DNA from: an uncultured Nitrospiraceae bacterium
GTDB lineage: Bacteria; Nitrospirota; Nitrospiria; Nitrospirales; Nitrospiraceae
Direction: 5' to 3'
DNA length: 64,000 bases
Assembly: GCA_963730935.1 (NCBI GenBank)
Contig: CAVSTP010000003.1
Location: 256,001 to 320,000, forward strand
Part shown: piece by piece, positions 48,769-57,516 of the stretch
How the letters are laid out: each line of letters starts with the position of its first letter
Numbering within the stretch: the stretch's first letter is position 1
The notes under the pieces: generated by a model
What the model saw: only the letters and a program-made list of their open reading frames with translations
Told to the model about the DNA's origin: nothing
Databases searched by the model: none
Position numbers and translations under genes: made by a program

Positions 48769-49710
48769 CTACTTGTTCTCTTCGGCGATGGCGACGTTCC
48801 GCCGCAACCCGGAGAGCGTTGCCCTTCGAATCGGACTCTGCCGAAACCGCTCGACAAAGGTACCTTCATCGAGACCAGCAAGTTCCTCCAGCCGCGGAGC
48901 GAGTGTCGTCGGTAAAGGCTGGAATGCAGAATCTGTCGTCGGTTCCGCGCGGAGATTGAAGGGACAGACATCCAAGCAGTCGTCGCATCCGAAGATGCGA
49001 TTTCCCATGCCTGCGGCGAGGTCGTCGGCTATTTCTTCGCGAGCGCCTCGAAACTCGATCGTCAAATAGGAAACGCAGCGAGTCGCATCGACGACGTAGG
49101 GCTCAGTGATGGCCTGAGTGGGGCAGGCCTGAATGCAGAGGGAACAACTTCCGCAGAGATCCGTCGCCGGCGTGTCCGGAGGGAGATCGATTGTCGTCAA
49201 AATTTCGCCCAGTACCAGCCAGCTGCCATGATCAGCGGACACGAGATTCGAATGTTTTCCGATCCAGCCCAGGCCGGCCTGTTGGGCCCATGCCTTTTCC
49301 ATCACTGGCCCGGTGTCCACATAAGACCGTGTGACGGCATCTGGCGCCCATTCACGCAATTTCGCTTCAAGGAGCGCCAGCCGATCGCCGAGGATGCGGT
49401 GATAGTCCCTCCCCCAAGCGTAGCGGGCGATCCGGCCGTATCCCTGGACTTCGGTGGCGCGATACCCGCTGTCGTAGTTCATTCCGACGGCGATGATCGA
49501 CCGGCAACCCGGCAGGACGACGCGTGGGTCTGCGCGCCGCGCGGGGTCGCGGGCCATCCACCCCATGGTGCCGTGAAACCCTCGGCGCAACCAGGCTTGT
49601 AGCCGATGGAGCAGACGCTCGTCAGCGGCTTGTGGGCTGACCGCCGCAATGCCGACGGCATCGAAGCCCAGCAACTGAGCCTCGTGTTTGATGGTTTCTG
49701 CAAGAGACAT
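48769..49710 (-). CDS. queG: tRNA epoxyqueuosine reductase
   Basis: ARYAWGRDYH, VDTGPVMEK, CGSCSLCIQACP, RCVSYLTIE, FGCDDCLDVCP; start ATG 49710. Confidence 0.95.
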   Translation of the reverse strand: MSLAETIKHEAQLLGFDAVGIAAVSPQAADERLLHRLQAWLRRGFHGTMGWMARDPARRADPRVVLPGCRSIIAVGMNYDSGYRATEVQGYGRIARYAWGRDYHRILGDRLALLEAKLREWAPDAVTRSYVDTGPVMEKAWAQQAGLGWIGKHSNLVSADHGSWLVLGEILTTIDLPPDTPATDLCGSCSLCIQACPTQAITEPYVVDATRCVSYLTIEFRGAREEIADDLAAGMGNRIFGCDDCLDVCPFNLRAEPTTDSAFQPLPTTLAPRLEELAGLDEGTFVERFRQSPIRRATLSGLRRNVAIAEENK

Positions 49711-49773
49711 GACGAGTAGATATTCGCAGATCGTCACCCCGGAGCTGCCCCGGAGGCGTGAGCCCAACAGAAT

Positions 49774-50148
49774 TCAGTGGGGATTGCAGTCGAACCGGAC
49801 AATGAACTGGACGGAGCACTGTGCAGTGCCGCAGCGGCCGCAGGTCCCGATGATCTTGGTTTTCCAATCGGTGTGCTTCTCGTCAAAGCGGCAAACGGTC
49901 TTACCCCCTTTGGAAATGGTCGTCCAGGGTTTGTTCGTGCCGGGCGCATTGGCCACAAGGCAGCCGGCGGGAATGGGAACCTGGCACGCGTGAGAGGGTT
50001 CGCCCTTGGCCATCCCAAAACTGCAGGCCTGTTCGGTCGTGGCAGGGAATTCCGAGGGCATCTGGGCATTGGCATTCGAAAGCGGCAACGCAAGGAGGGT
50101 GAAGACGAACGCTCCACCGAGGATGAAAGAGGCACGTCTCCCCCGCAT
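49774..50148 (-). CDS. Small secreted protein with 8 cysteines
   Basis: Signal peptide ending ANA-Q; 124 aa from ATG 50148; 8 Cys in the mature part. Confidence 0.68.
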   Translation of the reverse strand: MRGRRASFILGGAFVFTLLALPLSNANAQMPSEFPATTEQACSFGMAKGEPSHACQVPIPAGCLVANAPGTNKPWTTISKGGKTVCRFDEKHTDWKTKIIGTCGRCGTAQCSVQFIVRFDCNPH

Positions 50149-50259
50149 GGCCACGATGGTAGCACAGTCTCTTCGCTTGCGGCCACCGACACGACTGCGT
50201 AGAATCTGACGGAGATGAGAAATCGGTGAATGAGGGGCATTATCTAGGGGAGGACACTC

Positions 50260-51372
50260 ATGCTTGCGACGCGCATCCGTCAAAAGGAAGGCACGTTTTA
50301 CTTCATCTCCTACAATGCGGTCGACCTCCTGGACAAGGTGCGGTTTACAAGCCGGTATTTCTTTGAAGGTGAAGAAATTGCTCAGGCGAAGATCTCCGAG
50401 CATGACGACGTCGCCCAATTCATCGCCGGCATTGAACGGAGCGAGAAGGGATTCCAGCGTCAATTGAACCGGCAAAAAGTGAAACAGATCGTCAACTTTT
50501 ATGAGACGGTCGTCGCACAACCGATGATTCCCGGGACGGTTTTGATTTTTACGGATGAGACGCTCCGCTTCCAGCGGTCGGGAGACTCGGAATCCGTAGG
50601 CCATCTCAGCGAGCCCAAGGGCAAATACCTGGTGATCGACGGACAGCACCGGCTGGCCGGGCTGCACTTTTTCCGCGCCAAGCACCCGGATCAGATTGCC
50701 AGTGTCGAGGTGCCGTGCGTCCTGTTCGACGGCCGCAGCGGCGATTTTGCGACGGAAATGTTCGTCATCATCAATAGCACGCATACTCGCATCAACCGGT
50801 CGCATCTCGTGGACCTCTACGAGAAAGTGTCCTGGGAAACTCCAGAAAAAAAGTTTTCCGCGAAGGTCGTCAACCTGCTCTATGCCGAAGACGATTCGCC
50901 GCTCCAATACAAGATCAACAGGCTCGGCGGGCGGAGTAAACAGGAAAAGTGGATTCTGCAATCGGAGGTCTTCAACGAGTTGCTCAAGGTAGTGACTGCC
51001 CACAAGCGCTGGATGGAATCGCACCTCGGGATGAAGGCCGACCGCTGCTATGCACTGGTCAGGGACTATTTAAAAGGCGTCAAAGAGGTGATGGAGGAAG
51101 TCTGGGGCAACAACGAACGCTATATGTTCACGCGGGACGTCACGCTCAAGGCGTTGATCCGCGTGCTGGACGATCTCATCGTCGACCGTAAATTGATTGC
51201 GGACTGGGACGCGCAGCGGTCTCACAAGCCTTTTGTCGAAATCGTCAAGCCTTGGGCAGCGCTGGCGAAGGAATTCCGTGCAGAGGGTTTCTACGAGCGT
51301 TTTGCCGCGAAAGGACAGCTGGAACGGGTGCGGAAGATCCACCAGCGGCTGCTAGATGCGATCGTCGGGTAG
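50260..51372 (+). CDS. DGQHR-domain protein (DndB/DpdB/ParB-like superfamily)
   Basis: GFQRQLN, PGTVLI, YLVIDGQHRLAGL, EMFVIINS; GGAGGA SD. Confidence 0.88.
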   Translation: MLATRIRQKEGTFYFISYNAVDLLDKVRFTSRYFFEGEEIAQAKISEHDDVAQFIAGIERSEKGFQRQLNRQKVKQIVNFYETVVAQPMIPGTVLIFTDETLRFQRSGDSESVGHLSEPKGKYLVIDGQHRLAGLHFFRAKHPDQIASVEVPCVLFDGRSGDFATEMFVIINSTHTRINRSHLVDLYEKVSWETPEKKFSAKVVNLLYAEDDSPLQYKINRLGGRSKQEKWILQSEVFNELLKVVTAHKRWMESHLGMKADRCYALVRDYLKGVKEVMEEVWGNNERYMFTRDVTLKALIRVLDDLIVDRKLIADWDAQRSHKPFVEIVKPWAALAKEFRAEGFYERFAAKGQLERVRKIHQRLLDAIVG

Positions 51373-51943
51373 GAACCAAGCGGGCGGCCGATGGCTTCTC
51401 CTGTGTGTGCTCTCTTCCTTCTGGTGGACTTCCGCGCTCGGCAGTGACTCTCCCCAGGAATTTCTCCAAGTCAAGACGGATCCTGCGGGCGGAGTGATCG
51501 CGACCGCCCGCGTCCTGTTTCCGGCCGGTCCCGAGATCATCCACTCACTGCTGACCGATTTTCGGCGCTGGCCTGAACTGTTTGAAGTTCGGATGCGGCT
51601 GGTCGATCTGCAAATCCGGCAGGATGTGGTGATGACCGACCTCCGCATTGAGCATGCGCTGTTGCCCGGCGAGCGGCGGCTGGTGACCGAATCACGGGCG
51701 ACGGCCAACGAAGGCATCGTCACCGATCTCGTCGAGGGGGATTTCAAACGGTATCACCGGGTGTGGAAACTCTCGCCGGCAAATGAGGGAAGGGAGACCT
51801 ACGCCGACTTTGAACTCAAGGTCGCCATCGATTCCATCGTGCCGGACTGGTTGGTGGCCCTGGCGACCAGGCGAGAACTCGAGGCGCACTTTCGGATCGT
51901 GAAGGAAAAGGCGCGCGCCCGTGCGACTAAGTCGGAAAAGTGA
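51356..51943 (+). CDS. SRPBCC/START-fold protein, possibly exported
   Basis: LLTDFRRWPELF, DLVEGDFKRYHRVWKL, IVPDWLV; hydrophobic N-terminus; overlaps DGQHR stop. Confidence 0.7.
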   Translation: MRSSGRNQAGGRWLLLCVLSSFWWTSALGSDSPQEFLQVKTDPAGGVIATARVLFPAGPEIIHSLLTDFRRWPELFEVRMRLVDLQIRQDVVMTDLRIEHALLPGERRLVTESRATANEGIVTDLVEGDFKRYHRVWKLSPANEGRETYADFELKVAIDSIVPDWLVALATRRELEAHFRIVKEKARARATKSEK

Positions 51944-53105
51944 ATTCAGACACTTCGACTTTGTCCAGGCCCTGTTTGACGAGTGTTCCAATGTCGAGGC
52001 TGCGCTCGATTCTGCGGATGTCGTCGATGCGGGTCTTGGTGCTCGGATGCGGCGGAACGAAGAGGGAACAGCAGTCTTGATCCGGCTCGATTGACGTGCT
52101 GAAGGTGCCGATCCGCTGCGCCTGGTCAGTGATCTCGATCTTGTCCATGCCAATGAGCGGACGGAGAAGCGGCAGCTCCGCTGCTTCTTCGATGACTGAT
52201 AGGTTCTCCGGCGTCTGTGACGCCACCTGCCCCAAGCTGTCTCCTGTCACGAGTGCCCAGCAGCGGTCGGCCGGCGCAAGCTCGCCTGCGATACGAACCA
52301 TCAGCCGGCGATAGAGCACGACGCGATAGGCGGAAGGCGCTTCCGCCACGATCTCACGCTGGATTTCGCCGAACGGGACGATGAACAGTTTCGAGCGGTA
52401 TTGGTGGGCGGTCAGGATTTGCACCAACTCCCGCACCTTCTCTTCGGATGCCCGGCTCACCAGCGGGCGTCCGGAAAAATGGACGAACACCGCGTTGCAG
52501 CCCCGTTTCATCATGCGGTAGGCGGCGACCGGTGAATCGATGCCTCCCGAAATCAAACAGGCCACCGTTCCGCTAACGCCCACGGGCATCCCGCCGGGAC
52601 CTTGGATCTTCTCGAGATAATAATAGGCGTCTTTGGACAGCAGTTCGATATAGATCGTCAGGTCGGGCGCCGTAAGCTTGACGGTTTTTCCCGTCAAGTC
52701 ACAGAGATATTTGCCCACCGCCCTCTCGACGTCCATCGAGGTGAGGGTGAGGCGTTTGTCGGCCCGCTTGGCGGTCACACGAAATGTGTCGAACGTGCGC
52801 TGAGCGACTGCCGCGCCGATTTCGCGCGTCAGTTCCTCGAGGTCCGGTCTGTGAAGATTTAGCGGCACGGCGTGAGCGAGCGAAAAATTGGCGATGCCGA
52901 ATACCGCAGACAGCCGTTCCTTGACGGTGTGATCGCTGAGGTGGTCGGGAAGGACGACGCGAAGGCGGCCTTGGAGACTTTCGATGCGTGTGGCACCGAC
53001 GCCTTTCAGGGCCGTGCGGATGTTGCCGATCAGCTGCCGCTCGAAAAAGTCCCTGTTCCGGCCTTTCAACGCCAGTTCGTGATAATGGATGATCGCGCAG
53101 CGCAT
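51927..53105 (-). CDS. thiI: tRNA 4-thiouridine synthase (no rhodanese domain)
   Basis: YHELALKGRNR, THUMP domain, LISGGIDSPVA, TGDSLGQVASQT, RPLIGMDK, DCC. Confidence 0.94.
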   Translation of the reverse strand: MRCAIIHYHELALKGRNRDFFERQLIGNIRTALKGVGATRIESLQGRLRVVLPDHLSDHTVKERLSAVFGIANFSLAHAVPLNLHRPDLEELTREIGAAVAQRTFDTFRVTAKRADKRLTLTSMDVERAVGKYLCDLTGKTVKLTAPDLTIYIELLSKDAYYYLEKIQGPGGMPVGVSGTVACLISGGIDSPVAAYRMMKRGCNAVFVHFSGRPLVSRASEEKVRELVQILTAHQYRSKLFIVPFGEIQREIVAEAPSAYRVVLYRRLMVRIAGELAPADRCWALVTGDSLGQVASQTPENLSVIEEAAELPLLRPLIGMDKIEITDQAQRIGTFSTSIEPDQDCCSLFVPPHPSTKTRIDDIRRIERSLDIGTLVKQGLDKVEVSEFTFPT

Positions 53106-53129
53106 CGCTCGGCAGCCCCAGCCCTCGAT

Positions 53130-54053
53130 TCAGCTGTGCCCTGTGAGCTCCAAGTACCGCTCGGCATCGATCGCGGCCATGCAACCGGTTCCTGCGGCGG
53201 TAACCGCCTGTCGATAGGTCGAATCCTGGACATCCCCCGCGGCGAACACCCCGGGTACGCTCGTGGCCGTACCGTTCTTGGTCACGATATATCCTTTGGC
53301 GTCCATGTCGACTTGCCCGGCAAACAAAGCCGTGTTCGGGCGATGACCGATCGCGACGAAGACGCCGGAGATGGGGAGTGTCGTGGTGGTGCCCATGACC
53401 AGGTTCTTGAGCCGGACGCCGGTGACGACGTCGTCGCCGAGAATGTCTTCGACGAGGGTATTCCAGATGAAGGAAATCCGCTCGTTTTTGAGCGCCCGGT
53501 CCTGCATGATTTTGGAGGCGCGCAGTTTGTCTCGACGATGGACCACGAACACCCTTGTGGCGAACTTGGTGAGAAAATTGGCCTCTTCCATCGCGCTGTC
53601 CCCGCCCCCGACGACGACCAGTTCCTTGCCGCGAAAGAAAAAGCCATCGCATGTCGCGCAGGTCGAGACGCCGTGGCCGGTCAACCGCGCCTCATTATTG
53701 AGTCCGATTTGGATGGCCGACGCGCCCGTGGCGATGATGACGGTGCGGCTTTCGATCTTCTGTTCGTGGTCGACGGTGATCGTGAACGGATGTTTGCGAA
53801 ATTCTACCGCTGTGACGTCGCCTGTCAGGAAGGTCGTGCCGAACCGCTCCGCCTGCGCACGCATCTCCTTCATGAGGTCCGGGCCCATGATTCCCTTGGC
53901 AAAACCTGGAAAATTCTCCACTTCTGTGGTGGTGGTGAGTTGTCCGCCGGACTGCCAGCCTTCAATGAGGAGGGGAGACAAATTGGCGCGGGCGGCATAC
54001 ACCGCTGCGGTGAGACCCGCCGGTCCCGAACCGATGATGAGCACGTGGTGCAT
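53130..54053 (-). CDS. trxB: Thioredoxin reductase
   Basis: GSGPAG, CATCDG, GGGDSA, HRRD, AAGDV. Confidence 0.97.
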   Translation of the reverse strand: MHHVLIIGSGPAGLTAAVYAARANLSPLLIEGWQSGGQLTTTTEVENFPGFAKGIMGPDLMKEMRAQAERFGTTFLTGDVTAVEFRKHPFTITVDHEQKIESRTVIIATGASAIQIGLNNEARLTGHGVSTCATCDGFFFRGKELVVVGGGDSAMEEANFLTKFATRVFVVHRRDKLRASKIMQDRALKNERISFIWNTLVEDILGDDVVTGVRLKNLVMGTTTTLPISGVFVAIGHRPNTALFAGQVDMDAKGYIVTKNGTATSVPGVFAAGDVQDSTYRQAVTAAGTGCMAAIDAERYLELTGHS

Positions 54054-54083
54054 GGTGTCAATCTAGCACAGGGAAGCAGCGTA

Positions 54084-54695
54084 TTACAGATGGGCCGGTA
54101 CCCGGCGAAAGTTCTGCATCAGCCGTCGGACTTCTTTTCTTACCAGAGTTTTGTCCCCGGTGCCGTCCAACACGACATCCGCGCCAAGCACTTTTTGAGC
54201 CAGCGGCATCTGGCTCTTGATGCGTCGAAGCGCTTCCGTTCTTGTCATTCCGTTGCGATGTTTGAGCCGGGCGATCTGCGTTTCGCGGTCGGCGGTGACG
54301 ACGACGATGGTATCCACCCGCTGATGGGCGCCGGATTCAAATAAGAGCGGCACTTCGTATACGACGACGGCATGAGGAGCCCGTTTGGCGATACGGCGGG
54401 CGAGCCGCTGCTCTTCTCGCGCTACCCGCGGATGGATGATGTGCTCGAGCCGTCGAAGCTTTTGTCGATTGTGGAAGACGATCGTCCCGAGCGCATGGCG
54501 GTCGATGGACCCGTCTTGGTTCAACACATCATCGCCGAACACCTTCACGATCTCGCGCCAAGCCGGCTTGCCCCGCCGCACGACGTCTCGAGCGAGCTGA
54601 TCGGCATCAATGATGACTGCGCCGCAGCGTTTGAACATTTGCGCCACGGTACTTTTCCCCGTCGCGATTCCTCCGGTCAGGCCCACCACGATCAT
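54084..54695 (-). CDS. coaE: Dephospho-CoA kinase
   Basis: GLTGGIATGKST, IDAD, IIHP, VPLLFE, SQMP. Confidence 0.96.
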   Translation of the reverse strand: MIVVGLTGGIATGKSTVAQMFKRCGAVIIDADQLARDVVRRGKPAWREIVKVFGDDVLNQDGSIDRHALGTIVFHNRQKLRRLEHIIHPRVAREEQRLARRIAKRAPHAVVVYEVPLLFESGAHQRVDTIVVVTADRETQIARLKHRNGMTRTEALRRIKSQMPLAQKVLGADVVLDGTGDKTLVRKEVRRLMQNFRRVPAHL

Positions 54696-54775
54696 GCGCC
54701 GAAGAATAGCATGAGATCTCGTGAATGTCGTTGGGCCGATTGACTTCCGGCGGGACGCGCCTGTATGACGTCAGC

Positions 54776-55795
54776 ATGATGCCGGTAAAAATCATCGCGT
54801 GTCTGGCCGCGGCGTGCCTTGTCGCAGGCGCGGGTCTACGAGCGGAGGGCGGAACTGCCACGAATCCCAGAACCATTGTTGTGGCGTTGGACGGGAGCGG
54901 CGATTTCAAGTCCATTCAGGAGGCCGTGGACTCAGCGGCCAAGGGCGATACGGTATTCCTCAAGCCGGGCCGTTATGAGCAGGACATCACGATTCACAGT
55001 AAGGATCATCTCAGACTTATCGGTGCCGGGCAGGACAAGGTCACGTTGATCGGCCGTGAAGACTTGGTTGGAGTCCTGCATGTCGGAAAATGGCCGTACG
55101 GCGCCACCAACATTGAGATTAGCGACATGACGATCAATGAGCATGGCGGGCATGCCGTCGGACTGTTCAATGCCCGCGGGGTGTTACTGAAGCGGTTGAC
55201 AGTCAACGGCATGCTGTTCAGTCAACAAGTCGAAGACGCCCGCATCGAAGACTGCACCATCGGGGGCAGCGAGACGACCGGCGTGCAGTTCGCCGATTCG
55301 CAGGCCGTCCTCATCGGGAATTTCATTCACGACAATGACCACGGCGTGAACGTCGCCGGAAAATCGAACGTCCGGTTGGAGCGGAACGTCATTACTAGAA
55401 GCCTGTTTGAAGCTGTCGTCGTGAACGACCGTGCCAAGGCGGTGCTCATCAGCAATACGCTCGTCAAAAACGGAGGCGGGGCTGCCTTCCTTGGGCAGTC
55501 GCAAAGCGATGTCAGCGGCAACGTTGTCGGCCTCAACCGGGTGGGATTTCTCGTCGCATCGTCGAGCCGGGCCGCGATGTCCTATAACGCGTTCTATAAC
55601 ACCGACGGCGACTATCTCCGCGTGGGAAACCCCAATCAGCCGGCCCCCGAACTTAAGGCGCAATCGGACATTACCGGAGACCCATATTTTGTCGACCCGG
55701 CAAAAGATGACTTCCGTCTACGCGCGGACACTCCGCTCATCAAGGTTGGTTCATTCCCGTTCCTTGGTGCCCTTCCTCCGCTGAACTCTCAGTAA
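54776..55795 (+). CDS. Secreted right-handed beta-helix protein
   Basis: Signal peptide, VVALDGSGDFKSIQEAVD (pectinesterase-like start), repeated N-containing beta-helix turns, DPYFVDP..DDFRL. Confidence 0.82.
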   Translation: MMPVKIIACLAAACLVAGAGLRAEGGTATNPRTIVVALDGSGDFKSIQEAVDSAAKGDTVFLKPGRYEQDITIHSKDHLRLIGAGQDKVTLIGREDLVGVLHVGKWPYGATNIEISDMTINEHGGHAVGLFNARGVLLKRLTVNGMLFSQQVEDARIEDCTIGGSETTGVQFADSQAVLIGNFIHDNDHGVNVAGKSNVRLERNVITRSLFEAVVVNDRAKAVLISNTLVKNGGGAAFLGQSQSDVSGNVVGLNRVGFLVASSSRAAMSYNAFYNTDGDYLRVGNPNQPAPELKAQSDITGDPYFVDPAKDDFRLRADTPLIKVGSFPFLGALPPLNSQ

Positions 55796-55891
55796 ACATT
55801 CTTATTATTCAAGAGCTTCCATGGCCGAACTGGCTGTCCTCCAGCCATGTGCTAAGCTAACAGTACGCAGGAACACCGAGCCTCAATTCGC

Positions 55892-55907
55892 TGGCGTAAG
55901 AATTGCT
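55892..55907 (+). promoter_or_regulatory. Sigma54 (-24/-12) promoter motif
   Basis: TGGCGTAAGAATTGCT = GG-N10-GC, ending 37 nt upstream of ORF 55945. Confidence 0.6.
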
Positions 55908-55944
55908 GAAAAGTATTGCTGGGTAGATCATAGGAGGGTCTAGC

Positions 55945-56130
55945 GTGGCAAGCTACAAACAGGAGCTGGAAAAACGCGGGCCGGAAGGCATCCCCTCTCT
56001 TGATGACATCGAGCCCGGCAAGATCTGCGGAGCGGTGATTCCCATGTCCGAGCGGGCACAGACGCAAATGCGCGATAGCATTGAAGTGATCGATTATCTT
56101 CTGAACCAGGAGCGGGTGATCTGGAGCTAG
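55945..56130 (+). CDS. Small hypothetical protein (61 aa)
   Basis: AGGAGG SD before GTG, sigma54 motif upstream, otherwise empty intergenic space. Confidence 0.6.
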   Translation: MASYKQELEKRGPEGIPSLDDIEPGKICGAVIPMSERAQTQMRDSIEVIDYLLNQERVIWS

Positions 56131-56185
56131 GCCCTGCGCTCCGATCGACTGTTCTTTCCCTCTCGAGAAAATCCCTTCTCTCCTC

Positions 56186-56214
56186 TTGACAGTTCTTTCT
56201 CCGCTTCGTAGTCT
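56186..56214 (+). promoter_or_regulatory. Sigma70-type promoter of the heme-binding protein gene
   Basis: TTGACA-17 nt-TAGTCT. Confidence 0.65.
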
Positions 56215-56255
56215 CGCTGCCAGATCCCAGCCCTTTGCCACAGAGGAGACTCCGC

Positions 56256-56795
56256 ATGATTCGTCGCAAGCCGTTTAAGCGCGCTCAGACATCCACCGCC
56301 ATATTGTGCCTGGCCACGGCGTTCCTGTTCGCCCCTCGTGCAGGGGCGGACGAATTGCCAAAGGAATCCCTGTTGCCCCTATCCCTGGCCACCAAGGCCG
56401 TGCAGGCCGCACTGGAGGCCTGCAAAAAGGACGGCTATCGCGTCAGCGTGTCCGTCGTCGACCGGGCCGGCGTGCTGCGTGCCATGGGACGAGCGGACGG
56501 TGCGGGGTCTCACACGGTCGAGAGCAGCAGAAAAAAGGCCTATACCGCGGCAAGCTTGCGGCGTCCGACGACCGAGCTGGCGGAGTTGATCGCAAAAGTG
56601 CCCACGTTGCAAGCCCTGAGGGAAATGAACCCTGAAATTCTGATCCTCGGCGGTGGCTTGCCGATTGAAATCAGCGGCGATGTGGTGGGGGGTATTGGAG
56701 TGGGCGGGGCACCAGGCGCGCACCTCGACGATGCCTGTGCGCAGGCCGGCCTCGATGTGATCGGCGGTGCTCCGAAGATTCCTTCCGCCAAGTGA
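56256..56795 (+). CDS. GlcG/HbpS-family heme-binding protein, exported
   Basis: VSVSVVDRAG, RADGA, KKAYTA, GGGLPI, GGIGVGGAPG..DDACA; GAGGAG SD. Confidence 0.9.
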   Translation: MIRRKPFKRAQTSTAILCLATAFLFAPRAGADELPKESLLPLSLATKAVQAALEACKKDGYRVSVSVVDRAGVLRAMGRADGAGSHTVESSRKKAYTAASLRRPTTELAELIAKVPTLQALREMNPEILILGGGLPIEISGDVVGGIGVGGAPGAHLDDACAQAGLDVIGGAPKIPSAK

Positions 56796-57247
56796 TCGCC
56801 CGATGGCGCGCGGGCGCAATGTTCGCCGCCCTGGCGGTGATTCCTGCCTGTAATAGCGACGTGCCGGTGTCCGCCGTCGGAGAGATCACACCTCCAGGTC
56901 TACACGTCACCGTCACACGAGTGGCCACGCATCCGTTTTTGGCTCGTTTTAGTCTCAAGCTCACCGTCACGGCGCCCAACGGCTGTTCGGCCACGAGCGA
57001 GCTGTTCCCTGACACCGGCAGCGTCAGCCGGCGCAATGTCTACCGCGGTGGAATAGACCGGCTCTATGTGGTGGGGCAGTTTGACGTGCGCCGCTTCGAC
57101 CTGCACGCTTGCCGAATTGAGCTCATGGAATTTCGGTCAGTCGAGCGAGATCTGCTGTTCGTCGGATCGTTCGACGTCGATATCTCAGGTCATTGGACGT
57201 TTCTTCCAGCCGACGTGAGGCCGGAACGGCCGTTTCAACCGTTGTAA
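56792..57247 (+). CDS. Hypothetical lipoprotein
   Basis: Lipobox-like IPAC; GTGA coupling to upstream gene. Confidence 0.65.
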   Translation: MIARWRAGAMFAALAVIPACNSDVPVSAVGEITPPGLHVTVTRVATHPFLARFSLKLTVTAPNGCSATSELFPDTGSVSRRNVYRGGIDRLYVVGQFDVRRFDLHACRIELMEFRSVERDLLFVGSFDVDISGHWTFLPADVRPERPFQPL

Positions 57248-57272
57248 TCGGGCAAGCACCGGGACCAAGAGG

Positions 57273-57470
57273 ATGAACCAGCCAATTACCGGGTACCACC
57301 AGGACGAACATGGTGATTGGGTGGCCGATTTGGCGTGCGGCCACGGGCAGCACGTGCGTCACCAACCGCCGATGACCAACCGGCCGTGGGTGCTGACCGA
57401 AGCGGGCCGCCGACAACATCTGGGAGAGATGTTGAACTGCAAGAAATGTGAGGAAGAACCGTCGAATTGA
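57273..57470 (+). CDS. DUF3565-family protein
   Basis: ITGYHQDEHGDWVADLACGHGQHVRHQPP..NRPWV, C-terminal CKKC. Confidence 0.82.
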   Translation: MNQPITGYHQDEHGDWVADLACGHGQHVRHQPPMTNRPWVLTEAGRRQHLGEMLNCKKCEEEPSN

Positions 57471-57516
57471 GGGAATTTCTGGCCGGGTCTCCTGCCTCAC
57501 TGGTAGTCTTACCAGA

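Noticed and set aside
50149..51024. Upstream part of the 416-aa minus-strand ORF
   Set aside because: Antisense to the DGQHR gene; no recognisable protein features
48769..53105. A complete DNA phosphorothioation or 7-deazaguanine system from queG, DGQHR and thiI
   Set aside because: queG and thiI look like ordinary tRNA enzymes, orientations differ, and no dndC/D/E or dpdA/C is present
52872..54344. 490-aa plus-strand ORF and similar long antisense ORFs (13079-13996, 28509-29756, 38012-39088)
   Set aside because: Stop-poor shadow frames of well-supported genes, expected in high-GC DNA
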